Shown: positions 32,977 through 35,275 of the stretch, piece by piece
How positions within the stretch are numbered: the first letter of the stretch is position 1
Layout: each line of letters starts with the position of its first letter
Source of the DNA: Octopus sinensis
Lineage: Eukaryota
DNA: 35,275 nt
Direction of reading: 5' to 3'
Assembly (NCBI RefSeq): GCF_006345805.1
Contig: NW_021829914.1
Span: 1-35,275 of the forward strand
Position numbers and translations under genes: made by a program
Notes under the pieces: model-generated
The model's input: the letters and a program-made list of their open reading frames with translations, nothing else
Database searches by the model: none
What the model was told of the DNA's origin: nothing

Positions 32977-34887
32977 CTTTTTCACTTCCCGAGCATTATA
33001 CTAATACATCTGTTTGTTGTCTACACCACCTGTCTTTGTCTTTTGTTTTTTGTGAATTCTCCCTATATATATATATACATGCACATATACACACATACAC
33101 TCTCTTGTTTTCTGCAATAGTGTATCTAAAATCGCATAATTCAGTTTGTTCTTCCTATTATTTTTATTTTTTATTAATGAAGACGGGAAATTGTAATTTG
33201 AAACGAATTTATCTGCTATGTCCAGCAAAGTGAGTAATCTCTCTCATTGTCTTGCATATATTTCCTTCCTACCTTCCTTCTTTCATTCCTTCATTTATTC
33301 ATTTAGTTTAATTTCGGGCATACAATAAACAGAGGGACTATTTCACAAATGTTGTGCTAATGGTGATATACATATTTCAAATAAGACATTTTGGTAGAAT
33401 ACATGCATGAAGTATTAAGTGAAAGAGGTTTGATGCAGCATTATTTGACGTGATAAAGAATTTTAATAAGACCAAATTTACTAGGAACCTCGTGGCTACA
33501 GGAAACGCAGGAATTCTTGAAAGACAATTCAATCAAATATCAATGGTTCTGTCACGTGAGTATTGGGGTTTGTCTGCATTTTGACACTGACTTCGTTGAT
33601 TCTTCTTCTTCTTGTTCTTCTTGTTCTTCTTCTTGTTCTTCTTGTTCTTCTTCTCTTTCTTCTTCCACCTCTCCCCCGCACACACATACACATACATATG
33701 TATACATTCTTCTTGTTAACATCTTCATAAATTCTTTTCCCTCATTCCTCGCCTTTCTCTCTCTCACTTCATTACGTTTCTTCCTTATTTTTTTCTCTCT
33801 CTCTATCAACCTATTTATTATTTCCTTCCCACCTTCCTTCTTTATATTCCTTCATTTATTCATTCAGTTATTTATTTATTATTTATTTATTAAAGTGTAG
33901 ATGGTATCATTACACAACTGACACTACTAACGAATGAAGACAATGACGACACGGGCCATGATGTTGATGATGGTGGTAATGATGATGTCGATAAGGACAA
34001 CGACGACGAAAGCGATGATAATTATGGTGATGACAAAAATGTCTTCATGCTTGAAGGCAACACTACAGCATGGCATTGGCTCTAAACAAACTAAGTTATT
34101 TAAAATCATTCTCATTCGAACCAACAAGAGAGCTTCTACGTTGTAGCTCAATCTGCTAGAAATAGCAGCCAAATCTTCCCCCAAATCGCATCTGTAATAT
34201 ATGTTGGATAATTTAATCCGAATTACAGTATGCCCATAAATGACGTGATGATTACGGGTAGACTGATTATCTCAACCATACTATATAGTGTAATTGCCTT
34301 GTCTCTAATCATATTTTCTCCAGTCGTCGTTAGTTGATATTTCTGAGTGAATGATAAAGATATAGCACTCAATTTGGTTGTGAACTGAATTAGTGATGAA
34401 GCCTCGAAGATCTGGTGCACAACTAAAATTTTATGTTACGAATTACTTTGACGGGCCGAGTCAGTTGGTACTTTACGAAAAATAAAGGAAATCTCGAACG
34501 CAGAATAGCAGTGGAAACAGCTTATAAGATCGCCTAATATCCTTAGAAAACGGAAAAGTGGTTAGCAAGCTGCTACAGAGAATCGTACCCTTGCTCCTCA
34601 AACACCGGTTAACTGCTCTGTACTACAAAGCTAAGCGAGCTATTAAAACAGATGCTATATTTTTATAACGCTAAATATGTTAAAATAACAAAGGTATTTT
34701 CATTTGTTAAAATCCTCACTTTTTTCATCACTTAAAGCCACACAATTGCTTATGTACGTCGTCTTTGACAACGTTTTCATCATAAAATTCATCTCATACA
34801 CCTCTTACATTTGAACACAATTATAGTATAGTTTTCTTTAACAATAGCCGTCAGTTCTGGGGTTACTTATCATTTTCTCTTTTCCCT

Positions 34888-35275
34888 GTAAAACGTTGAC
34901 CGTTTGAAGGAGAACACCTTTCCCTGAATTAGGTCGACGCATATACCACAGTTAGGTCTTCCACATTTTTTTGCTGTCGGTTTTGATATTGTTGACAAGT
35001 GTACTTGGGCTTGTGTTAGAAGACTTTTCATTGATTTGGGTTGTCTTTTAATCTTTATGACGGTGAACGTTTTACGATGAAAAACAACTTCACATGTGCT
35101 CCGGAAACCTAATATATGCGTTAACTTGCTCAGGTTGTCGTGAGCAATACATTGGTCAAACAAAAGTAGTCTACATCAGAGGATGACCGTACATAGATTC
35201 TAGATAAAAATACGGGAATACAGAAAAATAGCATTTATTGAACGCATTGGCATTTGCGCAACTAATAGACAACCC
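34888..35275. pseudogene. Penelope-like RT-EN linker and GIY-YIG endonuclease remnant with an internal inversion
   Basis: Minus strand 35061-34904: VIKIKRQPKSMKSLLTQA...KCGRPNCGICVDLIQGKVFSFK. Plus strand 35062-35275 with frameshifts: GERFTMKNNFTC / GNLIYALTCSGCREQYIGQT / LHQRMTVHR..EYRKI. Confidence 0.85.

Noticed and set aside
33105-33240. Possible exon ending ATGTCCAGCAAA followed by gtgagt
   Set aside because: Only splice-like motifs with no coding signal; would need RNA-seq.

Overview
AT-rich, microsatellite-saturated metazoan non-coding DNA. The tRNA-derived SINEs and Penelope-like element (PLE) termini resemble repeats I recall from octopus genomes; this is recognition from memory, not a database search. 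No host gene can be supported, and nearly all ORFs in the track are translations of microsatellites. The window is a transposon graveyard: a decayed 5'-truncated L1/Tx1-type LINE (about 9.7-12.35 kb) split by a SINE with a 12-bp TSD; a 777-bp internally deleted mariner with 36-bp TIRs and TA TSD; further mariner and Tigger/pogo fragments; a hAT-type MITE with an 8-bp TSD; about 12 SINE copies with interchangeable heads and tails; and two PLE GIY-YIG endonuclease remnants. The most notable signal is hidden RNA structure. About 13 type I hammerhead-ribozyme motifs can be read by eye on both strands, six with an intact CUGAnGA...GAAA core. Most of the intact ones have a different self-complementary helix III (ACGU, ACAUGU, ACUGGU, ACGUACGU, ACAAUUGU, ACGAUCGU). 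Several have unusually long loop 2 inserts, and several sit in fold-back or inverted-repeat structures. Self-cleavage, expression and dimer specificity are inferred, not shown.
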